This document shows positions 1-14,179 of a stretch of DNA of 64,000 nt, in pieces. The notes beneath the pieces are model-generated. The model ran no database searches, was not told the DNA's origin, and was given only the letters and a program-made list of their open reading frames with translations. The position numbers and the translations under genes were made by a program. The DNA lies in contig OZ024743.1 in the NCBI GenBank assembly GCA_964016885.1, forward strand, positions 181,536,001 through 181,600,000, written 5' to 3'. Origin of the DNA: Eledone cirrhosa (lineage: Eukaryota). The stretch's first letter is position 1. Each line of letters starts with the position of its first letter.

Positions 1-3000
1 GTGTTGTTGTTGTTGTTGTTATTGGTGGTGGTTTGGTAATTGTGTTTTTGTTGTTGTTATTATTGGTGGTGGTTTGGTAATTGTGTTGTTGTTGTTGTTG
101 TTGTTGTTATTGGTGGTGGTTTGGTAATTGTGTTGTTGTTGTTGTTGTTGTTATTGGTGGTGGTTTGGTAATTCTGTTGTTGTTGTTGTTGTTATTGGTG
201 GTGATTTGGTAATTGTGTTGTTGTTGTTGTTATTATTGGTGGTGGTTTGGTAATTGTATTGTTGTTGTTATTGGTGGTGGTTTGGTAATTGTGTTGTTGT
301 TGTTGTTGTTATTGGTGGTGGTTTGGTAATTGTCTTTTGTTGTTGTTGTTATTGGTGGTGGTTTGGTAATTGTGTTGTTGTGGTTGTTGTTGTTGTTGTT
401 ATTATTGGTGGTGGTGTGTTAATTGTGTTGTTGTTGTTGTTGTTATTGGTGGTGGTTTGGTAATTGTGATGTTGTTGTTGTTGTTGTTGTTATTGGTGGT
501 GGTTTGTTAATTGTGATGTTTTTGTTGTTGTTGTTGTTATTGGTGGTGGGTTGGTAATTGTGTTGTTGTTGTTGTTGTTATTGTTATTGTTGGTGTTTTG
601 GTAATTGTGTTGTTGTTGTTGTTGTTGTTGTTATTGGTGGTGGTTTGGTAATTGTGTTGTTGTTGTTGTTGTTATTGTTGGTGGTTTCGTAATTGTGTTG
701 TTGTTGTTGTTGTTATTGGTGGTGATTTGGTAATTGTGTTGTTGTTGTTGTTGTTATTGGTGGTGATTTGTTAATTGTGTTGTTGTTGTTGTTATTATTG
801 GTGGTGGTTTGGTAATTGTGTTGTTGTTGTTATTGGTGGAGGTTTACTGATTGTGTTGTTGTTGTTGTTGTTATTGGTGGTGGTTTGGTAATTGTGTTGT
901 TGTTGTTATTATTGCTGGTGGTTTGGTAATTGTGTTGTTGTTGTTGTTGTTATTGGTGGTGATTTGGTAATTGTGTTGTTGTTGTTGTTGTTATTGGTGG
1001 TGGTTTGGTAATTGTGTTGTTGTTGTTGTTGTTGTTATTGGTGGTGATTTGGTAATTGTGTTGTTGTTGTTGTTGTTGTTACTGGTGGTGATTTGGTAAT
1101 TATGTTGTTGTTGTTATTATTGGTGGTGGTTTGGTAATTGTGTTGTTGTTGTTGTTATTATTGGTGGTGGTTTGGTAATTGTGTTGTTGTTGTTGTTGTT
1201 ATTGGTGGAGGTTTGGTAATTGTGTCGTTGTTGTTGTTGTTATTGGTGGTGGTTCGGTAATTGTGTTGTTGTTGTTGTTGTTGTTGTTATTGGTGGTGGT
1301 TTGGTAATTGTGTTGTTGTTGTTGTTATTGGTGGAGGTTTGGTAATTGTGTTGTTGTTGTTGTTGTTGTTATTGGTGGTGATTTGGTAATTGTGTTGTTG
1401 TTGTTATTGGTGGTGGTTTGGTAATTGTGTTGTTGTTGTTATTGGTGGAGGTTTGGTGATTGTGTTGTTGTTGTTGTTGTTATTGGTGGTGGTTTGGTAA
1501 TTGTGTTTTTGTTGTTGATATTATTGGTGGTGGTTTGGTAATTGTGTTGTTGTTGTTGTTATTATTGGTGGTGGTTTGGTAATTGTGTTTTTGTTGTTGT
1601 TATTATTGGTGGTGGTTTGGTAATTGTGTTGTTGTTGTTGTTGTTTTATTGGTGGTGGTTTGGTAATTGTGTTGATGTTGTTGTTATTGGTGGTGGTTTG
1701 GTGATTGTGTTGTTGTTGTTGTTGTTATTGGTGGTGGTTTGGTAATTGTGTTGTTGTTGTTGTTATTATTGGTGGTGATTTGGTAATTGTGTTGTTGTTG
1801 TTGTTATTGGTGGTGGTTTGGTAATTGTGTTGTTGTTGTTGTTGTTATTGGTGGTGGTTTGGTAATTGTGTTGATTTTGTTGTTATTGGTGGTGGTTTGG
1901 TAATTGTGTTGTTGTTGTTGTTGTTGTTATTGGTGGTGATTTTGTAATTGTGTTGTTCTTGTTGTTGTTATTGGTGGTTTTTTTTGTAATTGTGTTGTTG
2001 TTGTTGTTGTTGTTGTTATTGGTGGTGGTTTGGTAATTGTGTTGTTGTTGTTGTTATTGGTGGAGGTTTGGTAATTGTGTTGTTGTTGTTGTTGTTGTTA
2101 TTGGTGGTGATTTGGTAATTGTGTTGTTCTTGTTGTTGTTATTGGTGGTGATTTGGTAATTGTGTTGTTGTTGTTGTTATTGATTGTGGTTTGGTAATTG
2201 CGTTGTTGTTGTTGTTGTTATTATTGGTGGTGGTTTGGTAATTGTGTTGTTGTTGTTGTTGTTATTGGTGGTGGTTTGGTAATTGTGTTGTTGTTGTTGT
2301 TATTATTGGTGGTGGTTTGGTAATTGTGTTGTTGTTATTGTTGTTATTGGTGGTGGTTTGGTAATTGTGTTGTTGTTGTTGTTATTATTGGTGGTGGTTT
2401 GGTAATTGTGTTGTTGTTGTTGTTATTATTGGTGGTGGTTTGCTAATTGTGTTGTTGTTGTTGTTATTGGTGGTAGTTTGGTAATTGTGTTGTTGTTGTT
2501 GTTATTATTGGTGTTGGTTTGGTAATTGTGTTGTTGTTGTTGTTATTGGTGGTGGTTTGGTGATTGTGTTGTTGTTGTTATTATTGGTGGTGGTTTGGTA
2601 ATTGTGTTGTTGTTGTTGTTGTTATTGGTGGTGGTTTGGTAATTATGTTGTTGTTGTTGTTGTTGTTGTTATTGGTGGTGGTTTAGTAATTGTGTTGTTG
2701 TTGTAGTTGTTATTATTGGTGGTGGTTTGGTAATTGTGTTGTTGTTGTAGTTATTGGTGGTGGTTTGGTAATTGTGTTGTTGTTTTTGTTGTTATTGGTG
2801 GTGGTTTGGTAATTGTGTTGTTGTTGTTGTTATTGGTGGTGATTTGGTAATTGTGTTTTTGTTGTTGTTGTTATTGATTGTGGTTTGGTAATTGCGTTGT
2901 TGTTGTTGTTGTTATTATTGGTGGTGATTTGGTAATTGTGTTGTTGTTGTTGTTGTTACTGGTGGTGGTTTGGTAATTGTGTTTTTGTTGTTCTTGTTAT

Positions 3001-4848
3001 TGGTGGTGGTTTGGTGATTTTGTTGTTGTTGTTGTTGTTGTTATTGGTGGTGGTTTTGTAATTGTGTTGTTGTTGTTGTTGTTATTATTGATGGTGGTTT
3101 GGTAATTGTGTTGTTGTTGGTGTTGTTATTGGTGGTGGTTTGGTAATTGTGTTGTTGTTGTTGTTATTATTGGTGGTAGTTTGGTAATTGTGTCGTTGTT
3201 GTTGTAATTGGTGGTGGTTTGGTGATTGTGTTGTTGTTGTTGTTGTTGTTATTGGTGGTGGTTCGGTAATTGTGTTGTTGTTGTTGTTGTTGTTGTTATT
3301 GGTGGAGGTTTGGTAATTGTGTTGTTGTTTTTGTTGTTGTTGTTGTTGTTATTGGTGGTGGTTCGGTAATTGTGTCGTTGTTGTTATTGGTGGTGGTTTG
3401 GTAATTGTGTTGTTGTTGTTGTTGTTATTGGTGGTGGTTTGGTAATTGTGTTGTTGTTGTTGTTGTTATTATTGGTGGTGGTTTGGTAATTGTGTTGTTG
3501 TTGTTGTTATTGGTGGTGGTTTGGTAATTGTGTTGTTGTTGTTGTTGTTATTGGTGGTGGTGTGTTAATTGTGTTGTTGTTGTTGTTGTTATTGGTGGTG
3601 GTTTGGTAATTGTCTTTTGTTGTTGTTGTTATTGGTGGTGGTTTGGTAATTGTGTTGATGTTGTTGTTGTTATTGGTGGTGGTGTGTTAATTGTGTTGTT
3701 GTTGTTGTTGTTGTTATTGGTGGTGGTTTGGTAATTGTGATGTTGTTGTTGTTGTTGTTGTTGTTGTTATTGGTGGTGGTTTGCTAATTGTGTTGTTGTT
3801 CTTGTTGTTATTGGTGGTGGTTTGGTAATTGTGTTGTTGTTGTTGTTGTTGTTATTGGTGGTGGTTTGGTAATTGTGATGTTGTTGTTGTTGTTGTTGTT
3901 GTTATTGGTGGTGCTTTGTTAATTGTGATGTAGTTGTTGTTGTTGTTGTTATTGGTGGTGGTTTGGTAATTGTGTTGTTGTTGTTGTTGTTATTGTTGTT
4001 GGTTTGGTAATTGTGTTGTTGTTGTTGTTGTTATTGGTGGTGGTTTGGTAATTGTGTTGTTGTTGTTGTTGTTATTGGTGGTGATTTGGTAATTGTGTTG
4101 TTGTTGTTGTTATTATTGGTGGTGGTTTGGTAATTGTGTTGTTGTTGTTGTTATTGGTGGAGGTTTGGTGATTGTGTTGTTGTTGTTGTTGTTATTGGTG
4201 GTGGTTTGGTAATTGTGTTGTTGTTGTTGTTATTATTGGTGGTGGTTTGGTAATTGTGTTGTTGTTGTTGTTGTTATTGGTGGTGGTTTGGTAATTGTGT
4301 TGATGTTGTTGTTATTGGTGGCGGTTTGGTGATTGTGTTGTTGTTTTTGTTGTTGTTATTGGTGGTGGTTTGGTAATTTTTTTGTTGTTGTTGTTATTAT
4401 AGGTGGTGATTTGGTAATTGTGTTGTTGTTGTTGTTATTGGTGGTGGTTTGGTAATTGTGTTGTTGTTGTTGTTGTTGTTATTGATGGTGGTTTGGTAAT
4501 TGTGTTGATGTTGTTGTTATTGGTGGTGGTTTGGTAATGGTGTTGTTGTCTTTGTTGTTGTTGTTATTGGTGGTGGTTTGGTAATTGTGTTGTTTTTTTT
4601 GTTGTTGTTGTTGTTGTTATTGGTGGTGGTTTGGTAATTTTGTTGTTGTTGGTGTTGTTGTTATTGGTGGTGGTTTGGTAATTGTGTTGTTGTTGTTGTT
4701 ATTGGTGGTGGTTTGGTAATTGTGTTGTTGTTGTTGTTATTGGTGGTGGTTTGGTAATTGTGTTGTTGGTGTTGTTGTTATTGGTGGTGGTGTGTTAATT
4801 GTGTTGTTGTTGTTGTTGTTGTTATTGGTGGTGGTTTGGTAATTGTGA

Positions 4849-4888
<40 letters not shown>

Positions 4889-7320
4889 ATTGGTGGTGGT
4901 TTGGTAATTGTGTTGTTGCTGTTGTTGTTGGTGGTGTTGGTTTGGTAATTGTGATGTTTTTGTTGTTGTTGTTATTGGTGGTGCTTTGTTAATTGTGATG
5001 TAGTTGTTGTTGTTGTTGTTGTTATTGGTGGTGGTTTGGTAATTGTGTTGTTGTTGTTGTTGTTATTGGAGGTGGTTTGGTAATTGTGTTGTTGTTGTAG
5101 TTGTTATTATTGGTGGTGGTTTGGTAATTGTGTTGTTGTTGTTGTTATTGGTGGTGGTTTGGTAATTGTGTTGTTGTTGTTGTTGTTATTGGTGGTGGTT
5201 TGGTAATTGTGTTGTTGTTGTTGTTATTGGTGGTGATTTGGTAATTGTGTTGTTGTTGTTGTTGTTATTGATTGTGGTTTGGTAATTGCGTTGTTGTTGT
5301 TGTTGTTATTATTGGTGGTGGTTTGGTAATTGTGTTGTTGTTGTTGTTATTATTGGTGGTGGTTTGGTAATTGTGTTGTTGTTGTTATTGTTGTTGTTGG
5401 TGGTGGTTTGGTAATTGTGTTGTTGTTGTTATTATTGGTGGTGGTTTGGTAATTGTGTTGTTGTTGTTGTTGTTATTGGTGGTGCTTTGGTAATTAAGTT
5501 GTTGTTGTTGTTGTTATTGGTGGTGATTTGGAAATAGTGTTGTTGTTGTTGTTGTTGTTATTGGTGGTTTGGTAATTGTGTTGTTGTTGTTGTTATTGGT
5601 GGTGGTTTTTTAATTGCGTTGTTGTTGTTGTTGTTATTGGTGGAGGTTTGGTAATGGTGTTGTTGTTGTTGTTTTTGTTATTATTGGTGCTGGTTTGGTA
5701 ATTTTGTTGTTGTTGTTGTTGTTATTGGTGGTGGTTTGGTAATTGTGTTGTTGTTGTTGTTGTTATTGGTGGTGGTTTGGTAATTGTGTTGTTGTTGTTG
5801 TTATTGGTGGTGGTTTGGTAATTGTGTTGTTGTTGTTGTTATTGGTGGTGGTGTGTTAATTGTGTTGTTGTTGTTGCTGTTATTGGTGGTGGTTTGGTAA
5901 TTGTCTTTTGTTGTTGTTGTTATTGGTGGTGGTTTGGTAATTGTGTTGTTGTTGTTGTTGTTATTGGTGGTGGTGTGTTAATTGTGTTGTTGTTGTTGTT
6001 GTTGTTGTTATTGGTGGTGGTTTGGTAATTGTGATGTTGTTGTTGTTGTTGTTGTTGTTATTGGTGGTGGTTTGGTAATTGTGTTGTTGTTGTTGTTGTT
6101 ATTGGTGGTGGTTTGGTAATTGTGTTGTTGTTGTTGTTCTTATTGGTGGTGGTTTGGTAATTGTGTTGTTGCTGTTGTTGTTGGTGGTGGTGATTTGGTA
6201 ATTGTGTTGTTGCTGTTGTTGTCATTGGTGGTGGTTTGGTAATTGTGTTGTTGTTGTTGTTATTAGTGGTGGTTTGGTAATTATGTTGTTGTTGTTGTTG
6301 TTGATATTGGTGGTGGTTTGGTAATTCTGTTGTTGTTGTAGTTGTTATTATTTGTGGTGGTTTGGTAATTGTGTTGTTGTTGTTGTTATAGGTGGTGGTT
6401 TGGTAATTGTGTTGTTGTTGTTGTTGTTATTATTGGTGGTGGTTTGGTAATTGTGTTGTTGTTGTTGTTGTTATTGGGGGTGATTTGGAAATAGTGTTGT
6501 TGTTGTTGTTGTTATTTGTGGTTTGGTAATTGTGTTGTTGTTGTTGTTATTGGTGGTGGTTTTGTAATTGTGTTGTTGTTGTTGTTGTTATTGGTGGAGG
6601 TTTGGTAATGCTGTTGTTGTTGTTGTTTTTGTTATTATTGTTGGTGGTTTGGTAATTTTGTTGTTGTCGTTGTTGTTGTTGTTATTCGTGGTGGTTTGGT
6701 GATTGTGTTGTTGTTGTTGTCGTTGTTATTGGTGGTGGTTCGGTAATTGTGTTGTTGTTCTTGTTGTTGTTGTTGTTATTGGTGGAGGTTTGGTAATTGT
6801 GTTGTTGTTGTTGTTGTTGTTATTGGTGGTGATTTGGTAATTGTGTTGTTGTTGTTGTTGTTATTGATTGTGGTTTGGTAATTGCGTTGTTGTTGTTGTT
6901 GTTATTATTGGTGGTGGTTTGGTAATTGTGTTGTTGTTGTTGTTGTTATTGGTGGTGGTTTGGTAATTGTGTTGTTGTTGTTGTTATTATTGGTGGTGGT
7001 TTGGTAATTGTGTTGTTGTTATTGTTGTTATTGGTGGTGGTTTGGTAATTGTGTTGTTGTTGTTGTTATTATTGGTGGTGGTTTGGTAATTGTGTCGTTG
7101 TTGTTGTTGTTATTGGTGGTGGTTTTGTGATTGTGTTGTTGTTGTTGTTGTTATTGGTGGTGGTTCGGTAATTGTGTTGTTGTTGTTGTTATTTGTGGAG
7201 GTTTGTTAATTGTGTTGTTGCTGTTGTTGTTGTTATTTGTTGAGGTTTGGTAATTGTGTTGTTGTTGTTGTTGTTATTGGTGGTGGTTTGGTAATTGTGT
7301 TGATGTTGTTGTTGTTATTG
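1..7320 (+). repeat. Sub-domain I: near-consensus monomers with patchy short internal duplications
   Basis: Private markers: TGTCTTTTGT at about 331, 3611, 5902; TGATTGTGGTTTGGTAATTGCG at about 2181, 2875, 5269, 6865; GGAAATAGTG at about 5530, 6487. Near-identical repeat ORFs start at 254, 3528 and 5822. Confidence 0.75.
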
Positions 7321-8445
7321 TAATTGTGTTGTTGTTGTTGTTGTTGTTGTGATTGGTGGTGGTTTGGTAATTGTGTTGTTGATGTTGTTGTTATTGGTGG
7401 TGGTTTGGTAATTGTGTTGATGTTGTTGTTGTTATTGGGTGTGTTAGTGTAATTGTGTTGTTGTTGTTGTTGTTGTGATTGGTGGTGGTTTGGTAATTGT
7501 GTTGTTGGTGTTGTTGTTATTGGTGGTGATTTGATAATTGTGTTGTTGTTGTTGTTGTTATTGGTGGTGGTTTGGTAATTGTGTTGTTGTTGTTGTTGTT
7601 ATTGGTGGTTGGTTAGGTAATTGTGTTGTTGGTGTTGTTGTTATTGGTGGTGATTTGGTAATTGTGTTGTTGTTGTTTTTGTTATTGGTGGTGGTTTGGT
7701 AATTGTGTTGTTGGTGTTGTTGTTATTGGTGGTGATTTGGTAATTGTGTTGTTGTTGTTGTTGTTATTGGTGGTGGTTTGGTAATTGTGTTGTAGTTGTT
7801 GTTGTTTTTGTTGTTACTGGTGTTGGTTTGGTAATTGTGTTGATGTTGTTGTTGTTAATGGTGGTGGTTTGTAATTGTGTTGTTGTTGTTGTTGTTGTTA
7901 TTGCTGTTGGTTTGATAATTGTGTTGTTGTTGTTGTTGTTATTGGTGGTGGTTTGATTATAGTGTTGTTGTTGTTGTTATTGGTGGTGGTTTGGTAATTG
8001 TGTTGTTGTTATTGTTATTATTGGTGGTGGTTTGGTTATTGTGTTGTTGTAGTTGTTGGTGGTGGTGGTGGCTTGCTAATTGTGTTGTTGTTGTTGTTGT
8101 TATTGGTGTTGGTTTGGTAATTGTGTTGTTGTTATTGTTGTTATTGTTGGTGGTTTTGTAATTGTGTCGTCGTTGTTGTTGTTGTTGTTATTGGTGGTGG
8201 TTTGGTAACTGTGTTGTTGTTGTTTTTGTTATTGGTGATGGTTTGGTAATTGTGTTGTTGTTGTTGTTGTTATTGTTGGTGGTGTGTTAATTGTGTTGTT
8301 GTTGTTGTTGTTATTGGTGGTGGTTTGGTAGTTGTGTTGTTGTTGTTGTTGTTATTGTTGGTGGTTTGGTAATTGTGTTGTTGTTGTTGTTATTGGTGGT
8401 GGTTTGGTAATTGCGTTGTTGATATTGGTGGTGGTTTTGTAATTG

Positions 8446-8476
<31 letters not shown>

Positions 8477-8530
8477 GGTTTGGTAATTGTGTTGTTGTTG
8501 TTGTTGTTATTGGTGGTGGTTTGGTAATTG

Positions 8531-8561
<31 letters not shown>

Positions 8562-10718
8562 ATTGGTGGTGGTTTGGTAATTGTGTTGTTGTCGTTGTTG
8601 TTGTTGTTATTGGTGGTGGTTTGGTAATTGTGTTGTTGTTGTTGTTGTTATTCGTGGTGGTTTGGTAATTTTGTTGTTGTTATTGGTGGTGGTTAGGTAA
8701 TTGTGTTGTTGTTATTGTTGTTATTGGTGGTGGTTTGGTATTGTGTAGTTGTTGTTGTTGTTGTTATTGGTGGTGGTTTGGTAATTGTGTTGTTATTGTT
8801 GTTGTTATTGGTGGTGATTTGTTAATTGTGTTGTTGTTGTTGTTGTTATTTGTGGAGGTTTGTTAATTGTGTTGTTGCTGTTGTTGTTGTTATTGGTGGA
8901 GGTTTGTTAATTGTATTGTTGTTGTTGTTGTTATTGGTGGAGGTTTGTTAATTGTGTTGTTGTTGTTGTTGTTATTTGTGGAGGTTTGTTAATTGTGTTG
9001 TTGCTGTTGTTGTTGTTATTGGTGGAGGTTTGTTAATTGTGTTGTTGTTGTTGTTGTTGTTGTAGTTGTTGTTGTTGTTATTGGTGGTGTTTCGGTAATT
9101 GTGTTGTAGCTGTTGTTATTGGTGGTTGTTTGGTAATTGTGTTGTTGTTGTTGTTATTGGTCGTAGTTTGGTAATGGTATTGTTGTTGTTGTTGTTATTG
9201 GTGGTGGTTTGGTATTTGTATTGTTGTTGTTGTTTTTGTTTTTGTTGTTTTTGGTGGTGGTTTGGTAATTGTGTTGTTGTTATTGTTGTTATTGGTGTTG
9301 GTTTTGTAATTGTGTTGTTGTTGTTGTTATTGGTGAAGGTTTGGTAATTGTGTTGTTGTTGTTGTTGTTATTGGGGAAGGTTTTTTAATTGTGCTGTTGT
9401 TGTTGTTGTTATTGGTGGTGGTTTGGTAATGGTGTTGTTGTTGTTATTGGTGGTGGTTTGGTAATTGTGTTGTTGTTATTGTTGTTGTTATTGGTGGTGA
9501 TTTTGTAATTGTGTTGTTGTTGTTGTTGTTGTTGTTATTGGTGGTAGTTTGGTAATTGTGTTGTTGTCGTTGTTGTTGTTATTGTTATTGGTGATTGTTT
9601 GGTAATTGTGTTGTTGTTGTTGTTATTGTTGTTGTTGATATTGGTGGTGATTTGGTAATTGTGTTGTTGTTATTGTTGTTATTGGTGCTGGTTTGATTAT
9701 TGTGTTGTTGCTGTTGTTGTTGTTGTTATTGGTGGTGGTTTGGTAATTGTGTTGTTGTTGTTGTTGTTGTTATTGCTGGTGGTTTGGTAATTGTGTGGTT
9801 GTTATTGTTGTTATTGGTGGTGGTTTTGTAATTCTGTTGTTGTTGTTGCTGTTGTTGTTGGTGGTTTGGTAATTGTGTTGTTGTTGATGTTGTTGTTGTT
9901 ATTGGTGGTGGTTTGTAATTTTGTTGTTGTTGTTGTTGTTGTTGTTAGTGTTGGTGGTTTAATAATTGTGTTGTTGTTGTTATTGGTGGTGGTTTGATTA
10001 TTGTGTTGTTGTTGTTGTTGTTATTATTGGTGGTGGTTTGGTGATTGTGTTGTTGTTGTTGTTATTGGTGGTGGTTTGGTAATTGTGTTGTTGTTGTTGT
10101 TGTTGTTGTTATTGGTGGTGGTCTGGTAATTGTGTTGTTTTTGTTGTTGTTATTGGTGGTGGTTTGGTAATTGTATTGTTGTTGTTGGTGGTGGTGGGGG
10201 TTTGGTAATTGTGTTGTTGTTGTTGTTATTGTTGGTGGTTTGGTAATTGTGTTGTTGTTGCTATTGGTGGTGGTTTGGTAATTGTGTTGTTGTTGTTGTC
10301 GTTATTGGTGGTGGTTTGGTAATTGTGTTGTTGTTGTTATTGGTGGTGGTTTGGTAATTGTGTTGTTGTTGTTGGTGGTGGTGGTGGTTTGGTAATTGTG
10401 TTGTTTTTGTTGTGGTTGTTATTTGTGGTAGTTTGGTAATTGTGTTGTTGCCGTTGTTGTTGTTATTGTTATTGGTGATTGTTTGGTAATTGTGTTGTTG
10501 TTGTTGTTGTTATTTGTGGTGGTTTGGTAATTGTGTTGTTGTTGTTGTTGTTGTTGTTGTTGTGATTGGTGGTGGTTTGGTAATTGTTTTGTTGTTGTTG
10601 TTGTTATTAGTGGTGGTTTGGTAATTGTGTTGTTATTGTTGTTAATGGTGGTGGTTTGGTAATTGTGTTGTTGTTGTTGTTGTTGTTGTAGTTGTTATTG
10701 ATGGTGGTGTGTTTATTG

Positions 10719-10755
<37 letters not shown>

Positions 10756-10879
10756 AATGGTTGTCGTGTGTTAGTTGTGTTGTTGTTGTTGTTGTTGTTA
10801 TTGCTGGTGGTTTGGTAATTGTGTTATTGTTGTTGTTGTTATTGTTGGTGGTTTGGTAATTTTGTTGTTGTTGTTGTTG

Positions 10880-11347
10880 TTGTTGTTATTGGTGGGGGTT
10901 TGGTAATTGTGTTGTTGTTATTGTTGTTGTTATTTTCTGGTGGTTTGGTAATTGTATTGTTGTTGTTGTTATTATTGGTGTTGGTTTGTTAATTGTGTTG
11001 TTGTTGTTGTTGTTATTGGTGGAGGTTTGTTAATTGTGTTGTTGTTATTGTTATTTGTGGAGGTTTGTTAATTGTGTTGTTGCTGTTGTTGTTGTTATTG
11101 GTGGTGGTTTGGTAATTGTGTTGTTGTTGTTGTTGTTGTTGTATTTGGTGGTAGTTTGGTAATTGTGTTGTTGTTGTTGTTATTGTTGTTGTTGATATTG
11201 GTGGTGATTTGGTAATTGTGTTGTTGTTATTGTTGTTATTGGTGCTGGTTTGATTATTGTGTTGTTGCTGTTGTTGTTGTTGTTATTGGTGGTGGTTTGG
11301 TAATTGTGTTGTTGTTGTTGTTGTTATTGGTGGTTGTTTGGTAATTG

Positions 11348-11378
<31 letters not shown>

Positions 11379-11962
11379 GGTGGCTTGGTAATTGTGTTGT
11401 TGTTGTTATTGGTGGTGGTTTGGTAATTGTGTGGTTGTTATTGTTGTTATTGGTGGTGGTTTTGTAATTGTGTTGGTGTTGTTGTTGTTATTGTTGGTGG
11501 TTTGGTAATTGTGTTGTTGTTGTTATTGGTGGTGGTTTGATTATTGTGTTGTTGTTGTTGTTATTATTGGTGGTGGTTTGGTGATTGTGTTGTTGTTGTT
11601 GTTATTGGTGGTGGTTTGGTAATTGTGTTGTTGTTGTTGTTGTTGTTGTTATTGGTGGTGGTTTGGTAATTGTGTTGTTGTTGTTGTTGTTGTTGGTGGT
11701 GGTTTGTTAATTGTGTTGTTGTTGTTGTTGTTATTGGTGTTGGTATGGTAATTGTGTTGATGTTGTTGTTGATATTGGTGGTGGTTTGGTAATTGTGTTG
11801 TTGTTATTTTTGTTATTGGTGGTGGTTTGGTAATTGTGTTGTTGTTGTTGTTGTTGTTGTTATTGGTGGTGGCTTGGTAATTGTGTTGTTGTTGATGTTG
11901 TTATTGGTGGGGGTTTGGTAATTGTGTTGTTGTTGTTGTTATTGGTGGCGGTTTGTTAATTC

Positions 11963-11993
<31 letters not shown>

Positions 11994-13533
11994 ATTGGTG
12001 GTAGTTTGGTAATTGTATTGTTGTTGTTATTGTTGTTGTTGTTATTGGTGGTGGTGGTTTGGTAATTGTGTTGTTGTTGTTGTTGTTATTGGTGGTGGTT
12101 TGGTATTTGTGTTGTTGTTGTTGTTGTTATTGGTGGTGGTTTGGTAATTGTATTGTTGTTATTGTTGTTATTGGTGGTGGTTTGATAATTGTGTTGTTGC
12201 TGTTGATATTGTTGTTATTGGTGGTGGTTTGGTAATTGTGTTGTTGTTGTTTTTATTAGTGATGGTTTGGTAATCGTGTTGTTGTTGTTGTTGTTATTGG
12301 TGGTGGCTTGGTAATTGTGTTGTTGTTGTTGTTGTTATTGGTGGTGGTTTGGTAATTGTGTTGTTGTTATTGTTGTTATTGGTGGTGGTTTGGTAATTGT
12401 GTTGTTGTTGTTGTTGTTTTTGTTGTTACTGGTGGTGGTTTGGTAATTGTGTTGATGTTGTTGTTGTTATTGATGATGGTTTGTAATTGTGTTGTTGTTG
12501 TTATTGTTGTTATTGCTGGTGGTTTGGTAATTGTGTTGTTGTTGTTGTTATTGGTGGTGGTTTGATTATTGTGTAGTTGTTGTTGTTGTTATTGGTGGTG
12601 GTTTGTTGATTGTGTTGTTGTTGTTGTTATTGGTGGTGGTTTGGTAATTGTGTTGTTGGTGTTGTTGTTATTGGTGGTGGTTTGGTAATTGTGTTGTTGA
12701 TGTTGTTGTTATTGGTGGTGGTTTGTAAATTGTGTTGTTGTTGTTATTATTGGTGGTGGTTTGTTGATTGTGTTGTTGTAGTTGTTGGTGGTGGTGGTGG
12801 CTTGGTAATTGTGTTGTTGTTGTTGTTATTGGTGGTGGTTTTGTAATTGTGTTGTTGTTGTTGTTATTGGTGGTGGTTTGGTAATTGTGTTGTTGTTGTT
12901 GTTGTTATTGGTGGCTGTTTGGTAATTGTGTTGTTGTTGTTGTTGTTATTGGTGGCTGTTTGGTAATTGTGTTGTTGTTGTTGTTGTTATTGGTGGGGGT
13001 TTGGTAATTGTGTTGTTGTTATTGTTGTTGTTATTTTCTGGTGGTTTGGTAATTGTATTGGTGTTGTTGTTATTATTGGTGTTGGTTTGTTAATTGTGTT
13101 GTTGTTGTTGTTGTTATTGGTGGAGGTTTGTTAATTGTGTTGTTGTTATTGTTATTTGTGGAGGTTTGTTAATTGTGTTGTTGCTGTTGTTGTTGTTATT
13201 GGTGGTGGTTTGTTAATTGTGTTGTTGTTGTTACTGTTATTGGTGGTGGTTTGGTAATTGTGTTCTTGTTGTTGTTGTAGTTATATGTGGTGGTTTGGTA
13301 ATTGTGTTGTTGTTGTTGTTGTTGTTGTATTTGGTGGTAGTTTGGTAATTGTGTTGTTGTTGTTGTTATTGTTGTTGTTGATATTGGTGGTGATTTGGTA
13401 ATTGTGTTGTTGTTATTGTTGTTATTGGTGCTGGTTTGATTATTGTGTTGTTGCTGTTGTTGTTGTTGTTATTGGTGGTGGTTTGGTAATTGTGTTGTTG
13501 TTGTTGTTGTTATTGGTGGTTGTTTGGTAATTG

Positions 13534-13564
<31 letters not shown>

Positions 13565-14148
13565 GGTGGCTTGGTAATTGTGTTGTTGTTGTTATTGGTG
13601 GTGGTTTGGTAATTGTGTGGTTGTTATTGTTGTTATTGGTGGTGGTTTTGTAATTGTGTTGGTGTTGTTGTTGTTATTGTTGGTGGTTTGGTAATTGTGT
13701 TGTTGTTGTTATTGGTGGTGGTTTGATTATTGTGTTGTTGTTGTTGTTATTATTGGTGGTGGTTTGGTGATTGTGTTGTTGTTGTTGTTATTGGTGGTGG
13801 TTTGGTAATTGTGTTGTTGTTGTTGTTGTTGTTGTTATTGGTGGTGGTTTGGTAATTGTGTTGTTGTTGTTGTTGTTGTTGGTGGTGGTTTGTTAATTGT
13901 GTTCTTGTTGTTGTTGTTATTGGTGTTGGTATGGTAATTGTGTTGATGTTGTTGTTGATATTGGTGGTGGTTTGGTAATTGTGTTGTTGTTATTTTTGTT
14001 ATTGGTGGTGGTTTGGTAATTGTGTTGTTGTTGTTGTTGTTGTTGTTATTGGTGGTGGCTTGGTAATTGTGTTGTTGTTGATGTTGTTATTGGTGGGGGT
14101 TTGGTAATTGTGTTGTTGTTGTTGTTATTGGTGGCGGTTTGTTAATTC

Positions 14149-14179
<31 letters not shown>

